From assembly GCF_009834535.1 (NCBI RefSeq), contig NC_045697.1, forward strand, positions 107,758,001-107,822,000: DNA of 64,000 nucleotides. The letters run 5' to 3'. Shown one piece after another: positions 22,868-35,873 of the stretch. The DNA comes from Camelus ferus (taxonomy: Eukaryota). Within the stretch, counting starts at the first letter, position 1. The number at the start of each line of letters is the position of its first letter. Both the position numbers and the translations under genes were made by a program. Below the pieces are notes generated by a model. The model saw nothing but the letters and a program-made list of their open reading frames with translations, did no database searches and was not told the origin of the DNA.

Positions 22868-24409
22868 TGTATCAGGGTATTAGCTGGATCTGGGCTTCAC
22901 CATGCTGGAGTGGCTTATTCCTTTCTATTAAAAGGCTCATTCTTGGCTAATGCGTAAGCACAGAGAATGAGGCAAGTGACAGATTTGTTTACTTGCTAAC
23001 ATGGTGAGATTTGATCATTTATTGTATAAAATGGTTATTGCATGAGGTTTACCTTCTTCCCTCTATTATCCTAGGAGGGCTGCCTTGAAGGGAAATTAAT
23101 GCTATATTTATTAGTGTTCCTGAAGGGAAAGGACAACATATTCTCTCTCTTTTATTCTCCATTAAAACAAATTGTTAAGTCCTTAAAGGCAGGGGCTGTA
23201 TTTATGAATTCTTGCAGTAGGTGTTTATTGAGCATTCAGCGGGGCGCTCTTAGGTTTGGGAGTGCAGTGTGAGCAAGGCAGAGAGGACAGTGGCAGGTGG
23301 ACCACGTCCATGCATTTCTGGTTCCACTTTTAGCACCGTCCTTTGCCTTAGAGAAACCTTTCTCAATAATTGTTTGACAGATTTTTTGGAACAGTTCCTC
23401 TCTTCTTTTCCAGTACAATCTATTAATACATGTTTTTTCCTAAAGGTTTATTAGTACCATTTGTCAACAGCCAACCCAAAAGTAAGTGAAAGGTCAAGTG
23501 ACATGATCACGTGTCATTCCACTGACCCCTGCCCTGCCTCTCCTTGGCTTAGCCCAGCTTCTCCCTCTGCTGCAATGCCAGCCAAGCCTGCAGCAGCCTC
23601 TTTCTGGATAGTCTCCTCAGTTAATATGACATGTTTTATCTTGTTTCTTTGTTACTGTGTAATTTTTCTTGTGTTCTCACCACACCTCTTAGATGTGTTG
23701 AGGCAGAAAAAAAAGCTAAAAGCTGGTGGGGTCAAGTCCCAGCATCTTTGTTTTATAGAGAAGAGATCAGGAATTAAAAGATAACTGGTTAATAGAAGAG
23801 CCATGACCGATGGTGAAGTGTCCAGACTCTGGGATCCCTTCTCTTGACTCAGTTCTGAGAAGGCCTCACTGTTAGCGTGGAGGAGGAGTCCTGTGACAGT
23901 GGGTGATGAACAAGAGAGCTGACTCTATGACTGGCTGCGAGTTTAGGCGTAATGGGTTATGACAGTGGCCAGATAATGTGGAACTAATGGATGCAACACT
24001 TTACCGGGTGTTTTCATTTGGCACGTCAAGCAGTTGGAAGCCACTGCAGGCTTTCATGATGGAGCTTAATATGAGCAAATTAACACTCGAGGGAAGATGC
24101 TAGAGATACTGCTGTGTGTCAGTGCAGCCCGGGGCAGGGAGGACTGCAAGAAACGACCTGGGGAGGGAAGGGTTACCCGTCTGACACGTAGAAGCTTGAG
24201 GCCCTTTGATTTTGAACTGAGAGGCTGTAATAAATACAGGACAGAAATAGGAATCAAATTCTCAAACAGTATGTCACTCCATCTTTTGTGATCACAGTTG
24301 GTTTTCTGACTCTGAGTTTTGATGATGGTCTTATTTTCACTTGCCCAAGTGATCATTCTGGTATTATTTAGCTCTCACTCCACACCTGGGCTGCCCCAGC
24401 CCTAGCCCT

Positions 24410-24790
24410 GACTGAAACAGGCTGAAATTAACAGAAAACCTCCACCAGATTAAATAAAAAGGGAACTTTATGGAAAGGATCCTGGTATCTTAAGGAACCT
24501 GGGCTCAGCCTACCCTCAGAGCAGGGTCTGGGATGCCAGCTCAGCACTTTCTTCCGTTTGCTTTCCTTCCCTTGCTGAATTGGCGTTCATTCCGCGTAGC
24601 TAACCCGGGCTCTTTGTACCTCCTGCGTCACGTCCCAGCGATTGCAGCAACTGGAGAAATCCATTTAGCATCTCTAGTTCTGATTTAAATTCCAAGGGGA
24701 GAAATTTGATTGGCTCAGCCCAGTCAGCAAAGGCAGAAGGCAGGGCAGCCAGGCCCACGTGAGGCCAGAATGGCAGCAGGTCCCCACCTT
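24410..24790 (-). mobile_element. Old MaLR/ERVL LTR remnant
   Basis: aacagaaaacc...ttaaataaaaagggaactttatggaaaggat...aaattccaaggggagaaatttgattggctcagc is MLT1-like in reverse orientation. Confidence 0.5.
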
Positions 24791-27144
24791 GAACTGGAGG
24801 TCTTGGGGAGCAGAGAAGGGGGGACCCTGGCAGATACTCAAACATGTTGAAAATCCCCACTTAAAGTTACCCAGTTCCTAAAATGTTATTTGCTTTTTGT
24901 GGCACTGATGTTTTAAAGTTTCTTTGTGGCGTAAGGAGGAATTCGATCTATTCAGCCCATTTTATCCACTTCATCATATAAAAATAATGACGAACCCTAG
25001 CTTTTCCTCGAATCTGGTGTTTTGCAGCTCACCTCTGTTATTTTTCAAACCCTGCTGGAAAATGAGCTTTTTTGGGGTAACATAGGGAGTGAGAAGTTAA
25101 AGGTCTGCAAAGCTTTTAGTATAATGCCTCGGACAATTAAAACGTGGATTTTCATGCATTAAGAAATTTCGTTCATCAGAAACCACGTTTCTCTGGATGA
25201 TGTTTTTATCCTTCCCAGAGAGGTTTAGAGATGAATAACCTTGAGGTGTTCAGGCTGCAGATGGTTTACTAGTTTCAGAGATTCTGATTTTATTTATAGG
25301 CTGCAAGAAAACACTCAATGAAGTTTGCTGTGATTCACTGCTCGTCACCTTGAGCTGTTGCCACTTAGTGCCAGGAAGGCACTGAATCCTCTGCACCGAG
25401 AGAATAGAACAGAAACCGTGGAGCTTGGAACAGAACCAAAATGTTATCTCAGGCATTTCTCATAACATATAGGATGGACCCAGGCCAGCGGCTTCAGATC
25501 TGAGTTTCTCTGCTCACTCCCACCCCTGTGAGAAGTGAATACTTTGTCAAGACAGCAGCTGCTTTGAGCCTTGTCCTTTTGGTGGCTGAAAGAAAAGCTA
25601 ACAGGAACAATTCTCCAGCTCAACTGAGTAGTGGTCTAAGGAAAAGTCAATCTAGATAAATTATCCTTTGGCCTGTTGGGGTACCCCCGACTCCCTCCCC
25701 AGATCTGATTTGTGCAGCAGTACCTGTCTGCTGCCTCTTAAACACACAGCCAACAAGTTTTCTGTGTTATTTGCAGATTCGAGAGAAGCCCTGAAGCAGG
25801 TAGCTGTGAAATGTACACCGAGGGCGTCTGCTGAAGCCCGTTGTCCGTTCTGTTGAAATACAGAACTCACATATTTCAACCAGAAACATGAAGTGGAACA
25901 AATTGGGTTGCACAAAGCCAGATAATAAAATGAATGATAAATGGAAAGGGACCCCAAAGGTGCTCCAGAAAAGCTGGCATGGGACCGGAGGCCTAGCTGG
26001 AGGAGGCGGGGGTCGGGAAAGGCTCCGTGTAATGACTCCTGCGTGATTGATGCAGCTGGTTGTTTTGACTGTCATTTTCTAAGTTATGTATTTGGGTAGG
26101 GAGAAGAGGGAGGCTTTGACTTAAGTTTCTTTGTTTTGTTTTGCTGCTTTTGTTTTGAGGGGGCTTGGATTGTTTGCTTTGTTTTTTCATTCCTTAATGA
26201 AAACTTATCCCAAAGAGAAAACCAGGAACATCTGTCTTCATTTCAACCTCAAGAAGCATTAGAGTATTATTTTTCCCCTCTCAACAGAGGCCCCAGTGGT
26301 GACAAAGGAGCGAGGGCCTTGGGACTCGACTCGGTGTTTCACTTCATGGAACTTCTTGAAGACATCAAATACCTATCGTAACAGGGGTCCCCTTCCTGAC
26401 TGTTTTCTTGGTGAGCCTGGATCTCTGAAAGGCACCCTGAGCCTTTCTTTGCTGGATGGATCCTGTCCTCTCTCCCCCTGTCTGTTCAGTGAGATCCTGC
26501 CAAACAGTCTGGTGACTGATTCTCTGCCCCTCTGCCTCTTTCACAGATGAGTGGACGTCCTTACCTGCCTTCTCATGGCTTACAAGGAACCTGGGGTCAT
26601 CGGAAGTTTACTGTTAGATCCTAGGAGAAAGGACCAGCCAGGCTTAAGGAAGGGCAGGGAGCTGAACACCTGGAGGCTGGAATTAGAAGATGCCTGGATC
26701 CCCACTGGTTCCGGGGGCCTCAGCTGAGGGGTTGGGGACCGCCGTCCTGGGCGTCTGCCCTCGCTGCTAACCCAGCTCCTCTCCCAGTTGCTGTTCTGTC
26801 TTGGGGATAGGTGGGCTGCACTCCCTGCTGACAGCTGGCTTCACTTCCTAGTTGAAATCTCCAAAACAATTTGAGTGGCTGAGCGAATTCACCACCGTTG
26901 CTGGGATTAAATCGTGTCACAGGTTGATGGCCAGCCTTGGGATTAGTTGCTTTTAGATCATCCTTGGCTCTATCGGATTCTGTTCCATATAATTAGCAGG
27001 TTGGGGTGTGTGTGTGTGTGTATTTACAGAAAAGCATTGCCGAGGGCCGCCCCCAAACAGTGGTTGGGAATGTTATCAATTTCCTGTAGAAGGGGCCGTG
27101 GGCAGGGCAAGCACCCCAGTGGGGTGAAAAACCCACCCTCAGGT

Positions 27145-27300
27145 AATGCCCACAAGATACCAGTAAGATGGAGGTTATTATCCCTGTTTTGAAACTGAGG
27201 AAATTGGGGCCGAAAGAGGTTAAATACTATGCCTCAAGTTATTGACTAAGGAGGTGGAGGAGATGGGATTTGAAGCTAGATTTATTTGACTCCGCTGGGC
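27145..27300 (-). mobile_element. MIR SINE
   Basis: ttattatccctgttttgaaactgaggaaattggggccgaaagaggttaaat...gggatttgaagctag. Confidence 0.75.
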
Positions 27301-28099
27301 CATGATGTGTTTTTTACTTGTGAGTTCTTCACAGATGAGGCAAGGCACTCGATGGATAGTGCTGGCCCCTTCTTATTCTCTGAGGGGCTGGGGCTGTGTG
27401 TTTTTCCCCAGTGCTTTAGAACCAGGGTAGCTTCTCATTTTCCCATCTCATGGAAAAGAGCTTCTAGGAAAGATTGTGAGTTTTCTGTGATTGAAAAGAA
27501 ATAGTTAAAGCTCAGTGTTTCGAGAGCGGCACTGTTCTCACCATCACAGCTGCGCTAGGTGCTGGGCTGGAAGGGCTCGCAGACTGAGCAGTCTGCACCT
27601 ACGGTCAGGAGCACTGGGGGCAGATGTTTCCATCAGTCCTGCTCGTTTCCCTTTGCGGGTTGGTACCCCGTTCTCTTCCTCATTTAGGGGTTCGTCATTT
27701 CTCTCCGGCATGTGGAGCCTAGAGGCCATAACCAGGGCAGTGGCTTGGCAGCCGGCACACAGTAGGCCTGCAGTCTGTGTTCATCAGTTAACTTGTGGCC
27801 CCACTGTCTGTCCTCAGGGAGGGATCCTCCCTATGAATCACTTTTTCCTCACACCACAGCCTTGCCATTTCTCTTTGTTCAAATTTTACCAGCCTTGGGC
27901 GAGACGGCAGGTTTTTTGATCTCTGTTTGGGGAATTCTTTGGAATTCTGTTTGGGCTTCTCTAATGGTTCAGCATTCAATCTCTGCAGTTCTAACGGTTT
28001 TCAACCTTGTAAATTACACTTTGGGAGGAGAAGGATGTTTGCAGTTGCCAGCTCCTTCTCTTCCCTACCCCCTGCCGGCTTTGGACGTTACCCATTTGC

Positions 28100-28295
28100 T
28101 GGCAGTGTAGTGATGAGCAGTACAGGTCTGGGAGCCAGGCAAATCTGGGTTCGATTTACTGCTCTGACACATCCTGGCTGGGTGACCTCTGGCAAGTTAC
28201 TCAGTCTCTCTGAGCCTGGATATGTAACAAAGCACTTAGTACAGGCATGGTGCATAGTGATGAGTCAAGAAAAACGAGGTGCTGCTAATATAATT
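28100..28295 (+). mobile_element. MIR SINE with internal deletion
   Basis: ggagccaggcaaatctgggttcga...gggtgacctctggcaagttactcagtctctctgagcct joined directly to aaagcacttagtacaggcatggtgcatagtg. Confidence 0.75.
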
Positions 28296-29111
28296 ATAAC
28301 CATAATATGATAATCATGCGTTTGATTCTGGGGACTGTCAATGCTTATTATTCCCGAAGGAGGGAGCTCTTAACATTGAGCTGCAGCAACATAGTCATGG
28401 GCAGGAGACTGAATGCGTGGTCTTTTTGTTTATATTCTGTTGTCATCCTAGGGTTTGAAGCCTTTCAAGTGTTATAAAGCAAATTTTGTACGAAGATAAT
28501 TATCATGTTTCTAATGTGGTTGGGAGCTGAGGTGTTTTAATTACTGATGTGCCAGGAACCCTTTCAATAAGGTGAAGTGTGATTTTTTTTAAGGCCTTTG
28601 TGTACTTGGTCATAATTAGGGACATTTGGAACACTCAGGCGTAATATCTGCTGATTTGTACACTTTCATTAAGCAATCAGGATTGAATGACCCAGGAGCA
28701 GACTTTCAGGGGGTCAGGTTTCCAATTTCAGAGGAGGAGGAGCCAGTCACGCTTTCTCCTCTTCTCTGTTGTTTGTCTCCCCACCAGTTACCTTTACTCA
28801 CATTTTGTGTCTATTGAACACAGTGCTGCTCTACGTTTTTCTGAGGCCTTGATTTTTATAGAATCTCTCTGCTGCGTTTTCCTCCTCCTTGCCCTGTGAA
28901 CCAGTCTGGCTAAATCCCTGCATTAGAGAATACAATTTTCATATGGCACTGCCTGTTGTGGGTAGGTGGTGGATGTTAAAGGTGACTGAAGATGGAAATG
29001 AAAAAGTTGAAGTTTGTGCCTTGAGAATCAGAAGAAAGAGGGAGAAAGGGAAAGTCAAACACTTGAGACCTTGAAGGGATTGTTGATTTCATATCGAACC
29101 TTCGTTTTTTT

Positions 29112-29220
29112 AGACTCTGAGCTCCTTAAGAACAGGGACCGTGTTTGACTTGTTCCATGTTGTATGCCTTGTACTTGGCACAGAACCTGGTGCAGAGTGG
29201 AATTTGTTGAGTAAATTTAT
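29112..29220 (+). mobile_element. LINE-2 3' end
   Basis: agactctgagctccttaagaacagggacc...cttggcacagaacctggtgcagagtgg...ttgttgagtaaat. Confidence 0.75.
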
Positions 29221-31739
29221 GGGAAAATGGAGGCCTACTGATACTTACATAAATTACATTGATATCTACAGGGATAGATTCTGGGCCAGAAGCTGGATCT
29301 CCAGGGCCCAGTGAGAGATGTGTAAAGAAGGGAATGAGGTTTAAGAAAGGCAAGAATTTTTTAAAAAGCGACAGAGGAATATACAAGTTAGAAAATGTAA
29401 ATTTCACTTGGTGGTAACTCACATAGAAGGAACATGGAGTGTGTGGATGTGTGGCGTTGCTTAATTCGATGCTGATAGTGGATTGTTTCTCAGAAAGCAG
29501 AGGCTGAGCAGCAGCATAACAATTTTGGTATTGTTTGGTCTGTATCTTTCCTTGGCTTTGTCCTTTTATTGCTTAAACTAAGGTGACTTTTCAAGCTCAG
29601 TCTCATTATTTTATCCCTTTCCCGCCTTAAGTTTATAGTTGCTGTGTTGAGTTACTATTCATTTCAGAACTCTCTCCCTTGCTATTAATGCAGATTATGT
29701 CATTTCTAATCCATTTTCATTTTTCTGACCCTTCATACATCAAGCAGATCAAAAGTTCGTATGACAAGTATCTTCATCTCACAGAATTTTGAGTTTTAAG
29801 CCAGGTCTCCAAACTTGCCCCCTGTTGTGCAGGTTCCATAGACCAGGTAGTGTTCCTTACCCTACTCCCCTGGCTGCCCCACTGCAGACGTGTCACGGGG
29901 GCCTCCTGGGGGAGGATAGGTACAAACACCTTAAGCACTGAGGTGAGTTCAGGTGGCATTATGGGTAGATTCTCCTCCCTTCCACTAGGTAAGGATTCTA
30001 ACTCCTAAATCAGGTCAGAGAGGAGGCTGGTGGTGGTGGCTTTCTGGGATAGGGGTGGAGTGTGTGTGTGTGTGTGTTTGTGTGTGCACGCTGAGGGTAG
30101 GGGGCATATTTCCTGAGAAGTAGGAGACCACATATTGACCGTTAGCCTCCTCCCATCCTTCCCTTTTCAGCCCAGGAGCATGTATTTGAGATTGTCAATG
30201 TGCAGTTAGTGGAGGTTTCTTTAGAGGACAGAGATGCAAATGACCTGTCTTTCCTTGTTAGAAAGCCCCTATCAGGGATGTTCTCCTGGATGAATGCAAC
30301 ACTGCTGACTCTCCCATGATAACTGTGGCCCCGAAAGGGTGAGGAGAGTTCAGTACAAGCCACTCACTATAGGGCTAGAGTACATATATGAGAGAAGCAG
30401 CTTAAGGTCTGTTTTTGGTGGGATACAGGATGTATTTCCTTTAGCTCACTGGAACACACATTTTGACTTCTAAATATGTAGGCGTCTAGAAAAATTAGTT
30501 TTGAAAATCCCTAAAGTATGCCCATAGACCTGTTTACCAATCTATCTGTAATTATTTATTGATCATGTAGCATGTGACCAGACCTGACCAGCCCCTGCTC
30601 AGATAGAATGGTAAAATGTGGTCCAGGGTTTTTGCACTGTCATTCTGTTTGTGATTTAGATTATTAGGGAAAGCCCATTTACCCTGAAATCAAGACAGAT
30701 AGCCTCTGGGAGTTCTGAATGGAAATTCATCTGTTTCCTCTGTCATTTTAGAGAAGGTGCCGCACTGGTACCTTCAGCAGTGGATTATGCACAATCAACG
30801 GTGATGAATGTACGAGCATTTTTGATTAGTCTTCATGCCCTCTGTCTAATGCAATCAGAAACCTTCGATCAGAGGAGAGATTTATCATCAATCATTCATC
30901 ATCCTCTGAGGTGGATATAAACCCATTTGCTTTTCGCCTGCAACTTAAAATACCTGCTTTAGAGAATTACTATTTACCCAGGCAGATACCTATAAGCCAA
31001 GTATATTTTGAGCGTGTAGACTTAAATATCAAATTGCAGATTGCTCTGATTAAGTGTAATTGCGTGAATTAAGGTGCCTCCTCCAGCCTTCACTCAGTGC
31101 AGAGAAAACCCACCAACAGACAAGATAGTGTTAGAGAAACAGTATCAGACAGGCATCAAGGAGGCCTGAGTTCTAGGCCTAATTGTGTGAACCCATTTCC
31201 TCATTTGTAAAAATAAAAGAGGATTGAAATAACTGGTATTTAAGTCCTCATGACATCATGTTGAATTTGCGTTACTTGTAATAGAATACCAGTAGTAAAC
31301 AACACTTCTGGCCCATTTAACATGTGCTGAGCACTGGGCTGCAGCATTTACCTTAAGCAGGTGCATGAAGCCTGCATCATCTCATTTACTCCCACGTGGC
31401 CCCATGAGGTAGTTACTGTGAAAAGGCCACCTCGGTCTTAGCTTTGGAGTTCTTGGTGGGGAGACCAATCTGTCTGTAGGATCAAGATTTGGAGATGTCA
31501 GACATGAATTCACAGTAATTGTCTAAAGATCATTGAATTGAACAGAGTCCTACAGAGATGATTTTTTGTTTGCCTTAATGGGTCTGACTAAATTCCACAA
31601 TTAAAGTGAAATTGACAAAGTAAAATTTCTAATTTAACTGACAGCCAGATAATTTCTCTGTTTTGATCTGCTGTGAACATCATTTTTTCTCGTTTTTTTT
31701 TTTAATGAAAAGTGAAATTCTAGAGAGTCCAAGAACAAG

Positions 31740-32030
31740 TTAAAAACTTCGTTGTTGGTCAGCAATGTCAGTGAGCATGTAGAAACTGCATCACTTTCAT
31801 TCCTGTACTGATTGTTGGGAGTGTAAGTTGGTACAGCTTTTTGGGAGACCACTGCAGGTATGCATGCCCTTTGAGCCAGGATTTCCACTTCTGGGATTTC
31901 AACTGAAAGACAAAAATCAAGGATTTGCTCAAATGTTCAGTTAAAAGATTATCCACTGTTTGTAACTCTGAAACCTGGAAACAAACAAAATACCTAACCA
32001 TTAGCAGATTGGTTAAATAAACATATTTAA
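31740..32030 (+). mobile_element. Ancient LINE-1 (L1ME-like) ORF2 C-terminal fragment
   Basis: ttgttgggagtgtaagttggtacagctttttggg...ccacttctgggattt...aaacctggaaacaaac...gattggttaaataaa. Confidence 0.65.
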
Positions 32031-33341
32031 TGTTGAAATGTGTTATTAAAATGGTAGTTATTATTAAGCAAGAAAAAAAACCCAGTTTAAACCAGAGAAT
32101 GTGCTATTTGAGACCATCTTAGTATAATCACACCAACTTGCAAATATGTGCACATAGATATTAGTTTAAATGTATAGCTATCTAGGACTTAAATATATAG
32201 AAATATATACATATCTAGGACTTAAAATAGTTGTTTTTATCTGGCTGAGTGATATTACCTTTTTTTTTTACACATCTGCATTTAAAATATTTTTCTGTAA
32301 AGACTCTGCAATTTTTTTTTATAAGAAAAAGAAATTAGTAAAAGCAAACAGTACAAAATTCCTGAAATAGAAGCACCCGCTCAGTCCAAGGGCTAGAAAT
32401 TGTTCACAAATCTGAATTTGTAAGGACGTGTAATTGTCACAAATATGCACAATTATCATCCTGAGGTCATCCAGTTTGGTTAACTTGCCTTTATTCACAT
32501 GGATAATTGAAGAGGTCTTTGAGTTCTTTGAATCAGGATTTAGAAGAATTTCACTCTGATTGTACCTTATTAGAAATAAATTTTAAAAAGCTAAAAAGAA
32601 AAAAAAAGAAAAAAAAGAAAAAACAGGCACTCTCTAGGGATCAGCCTTTTTCCTCCCAATAGCTAAAATTAATACCAGTGAAACTTGATCATTGTAGAAA
32701 TTTAGAATATATAGACATGCCAAAACAAATAAAATTAAACACACACACTCACACAAAATCCCACTTTCCAGAAATAAAGCACTATTGACACTTAGGGTTA
32801 TATCCTTCCAGAATTTACATTATATGTACATATGTGTGTGCATGTGTACGTGTGTGTGTGTTTGTCATCACACACAGACAGTGCCTTGCCACCTGTTTAT
32901 TTACCAGTAGAAGACAGTCCATCAGACTGTATAGTTAAATGAGCACAGAGACCATGCCTTATTGGGTGTGTGAGAGTTTCCAGTGCCTGGCACAGAGTAG
33001 GAACTGAATAAATATTCATGGAACAACTGCGTTTATCTTGACTATCTTTCCAGGTCAACTGTTTTACTCCCAAAGATTATTTTGATGGAATCTCACAATG
33101 TGGACATACTACATTTAGTTGTTTCTAGTCTTTAGCTATAAAAAAGCACTGCTGAATTAAGCACTCTTCTAACTAAATATTTGACACATCATAAATTATT
33201 CATTATAACTAGTAACCTAAAAATTGATTTGTTGGATCAGAGGGTATATATGTGCTTCTTACTTTTGGTAGCATTGCCGAACGTCCTCCAGAAAGGTGGT
33301 GCCGTTTTACATTCCTAGTGAAAGCAAACAGTGCCTGATTT

Positions 33342-33857
33342 TGTTACTGAGTCCAAACGCGTTCCGCTCGCTGCAGGAAAGTCCAATAAATCGGGAGACA
33401 AGGTGTTGGGGTTAAGGAATAATGACTTTATTTGGAAAGCCAGCAGACCCAGAAGATAGCAGACTAATGTCCTGGAGAATTATTAAATTATCCCAGAATT
33501 TAGGCTCCTTTTATACTAAAAAGGGGGAGGGGGTGTGGTTGGTTGTTGCAAACTTCTAGGTGTCAGAATCCTTTGTTCTTGCAGCTATCTACATCGGTCA
33601 GGTAATGGTGTCCCTGTAAATCTCCAACAAGACGAATGTTTTCTATTCTGCAACTTTTTATCTTTATATGAATGGAAGTGTTATACCCTTAAAGATAGGA
33701 GCCTAGAGAATGGGCTATCCTGTATATTTCAGGCTCTAGGCAACATTCTTTTTACAAAAGGTACAGAACCAACAGTGACAGCACCGTAAGCAGAGCACAG
33801 GGTTAGAGCCAAAGGAACAGGTTTAATATGATGTCAGATTTGTTCTTCCCTACTGCA
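33342..33857 (-). mobile_element. ERV1-class solo LTR (516 bp) with 4-bp TSD
   Basis: TG...CA termini and TSD attt at 33338-33341 and 33858-33861. Minus-strand TATA (ccttttatac, ~33507-33516) and AATAAA (ctttatt, ~33426-33432). Retains CpGs near the end. Confidence 0.85.
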
Positions 33858-34412
33858 ATTTACCTACACACTTGGAAGCCTGGACCTTTTTTTTTTTTTA
33901 AAAAAACCTGAAATTTACTTGAGATAATTGTGAATTCTTATACTGTTTTAAGAAATAGTACAGAGACATTCCTTGTACGCTTTACCCATTTTCCCTTGTG
34001 GAATCATTTTTTCAAAAGTCTAGTATAATATCATAACCAGGGTATTGGCGTTGATAAAATACTCGGATGTCTCCAGTTTTACTTGGTCTCATTCGCGTGT
34101 GCTAGTCGTACCATATTAAGTTCCATTTGAGTTTACCACAGGGGTAGGTTTGTGGGTCCACTGCCGCAGTCAAGACACAGCACTTCCAACACTACAAGGA
34201 TCCGTCCTGTGGCCCTTTTATAATCATGCGACTTCCCTCCTGCCTTTCTCCTGGCAACTAACCCGCCCTCCAGTCATAAAAATTTGTCATTTTTAAAATG
34301 TTATGTGAAAGGAAGCATAGAATATGTTACTATTTGGAGTCGGCTTTTTTTCACTCAGCATTATTCCCTGGTCATTTATGCAAGTTGTTACTGGTATCAG
34401 TAGTTCATTCCT

Positions 34413-34541
34413 TGTAGTAACCTATAATGAAAAAGAATATGAAAACGAATACATGTATGTGTATCTATGCCTGAAACATTATGCTCTACACCAGAAATTG
34501 ACACAACATTGTAAACTGATTACACTTCAATTTAAGAAAAA
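34413..34541 (+). mobile_element. Short LINE-1 3' terminus inserted antisense into the older L1
   Basis: gtagtaacctataatgaaaaagaatat...acaccagaaattgacacaacattgtaaactgattacacttcaatttaagaaaa closely matches 52388-52500. Confidence 0.88.
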
Positions 34542-34762
34542 GTTCGTTTTTGTTAAATTGCTGAATAGTATTTCATGGTATGGATGGGCCACAATTTGTT
34601 TAACCATTTGTCTGTTGGATGGATTCTAGTTTTTGGCTAGTACAGATTAAGCTGCTGTGAGTATTTCTGTACAGGTTTTTGTGTGAACGTAAGTTTCATT
34701 TCTCCTAGATAAATTCCCTGTAGGTCAGTTGCTAGGTTATGTATGGTGGTTGCAGATACAGG

Positions 34763-35270
34763 TTTTTTTTTTTTTTTTTGCATTCTTTTTTTTTATTAAA
34801 ATATAATCACTTTACAGTGTTAGGTCAATTGCTGGTGTACAGCATAATGTTTCAGTCATACATATACATACATATATTTGTTTTCATATTCTTTTTCATT
34901 AGAGATTACTATAAGATATTGAATATGGTTCCCTGTGCTATAAAGCAGAAACTTGTTGTTTATCTATTTTATACATAGTAGTTAGTATCTGCAAATTTTG
35001 AACTACCAATGTATCCCTTCCCACCCCTTAGGTAACCATGTTTGTTTTCTGTCTGTGAGTCTGTGTCCATTTTGTAAATAAGTTCATTTGTGTGTGTGTG
35101 TATGTGTCTCTCTCTTTTTTTTTTTTTTTCTTTTTTAGGTTCCACATATTAGTGATATCATGAGGTATTTTTCTTTCTGGCTTACTTCACTTAGAATGAT
35201 GGCTTCCAGGTCCATCCATGTTACTTCAAATGGCATTATTTCATTCTTTTTTATGACTGAGTAGTGTTCC

Positions 35271-35318
<48 letters not shown>

Positions 35319-35873
35319 CCACACATACCACAACTTCTTTATCCAGTCATCTGTTGATGGACATTTAGGTTGTTTCCATGTCTTGGCTATTATAAATAGC
35401 GCTGCTGTGAACATTGGGGTGCATTTGTCTTCTTTCAAATTATACTTTTCTCCAGATATATGACCAGGAGTGGGATTGTTGGATCATATGATAGGTGTAT
35501 TTTTAGTTTCTTAAGGACTCTCCATACTGTCCTGCATAATGGCTGTACCACTTTACATTCCCACCAACAGTGTGGGAGGGTTTCATTTTCTCTACACCCT
35601 CTCCAGCATTTATTATTTGTAGACTTCTTAATGATGGCCACTGACTGGTGTGAGGTAACACCTCATTATAGTTTTGATTTGCATTTCTCTAACAATTAGT
35701 GATGTTGAGCATCTTTTCATATGCCAGTTGGCCATCTAGATGTCTTCTTTGGAGAGGTGTCTACTTAGGTCTTCTGCCCATTTTTTGATTATGTTGCTTG
35801 TTTTTTGATATTAAGCTCTCTGAGCTGTTTGTTTATTTTGGAAATTAGTCCCTTGTCGATCACACTATTTGCA
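34763..35873 (-). mobile_element. Younger 5'-truncated LINE-1 nested in the old L1
   Basis: Poly-T, 3'UTR, and ORF2 C-terminal ORFs 35135..35641 (-) reading [18 protein letters not shown] and [29 protein letters not shown]. Confidence 0.92.
35273..35314. repeat. (TG)21 microsatellite within L1
   Basis: Read directly. Confidence 0.95.

Noticed and set aside
25761..25860. Acceptor-like site followed by DSREALKQ
   Set aside because: The donor (gtagct) is weak and the peptide is not recognised, so an exon cannot be supported.
27515..28310. Cluster of 100-134 aa ORFs in GC-richer sequence
   Set aside because: No recognisable protein similarity or exon structure, non-ATG starts, and the last ORF runs through a MIR.
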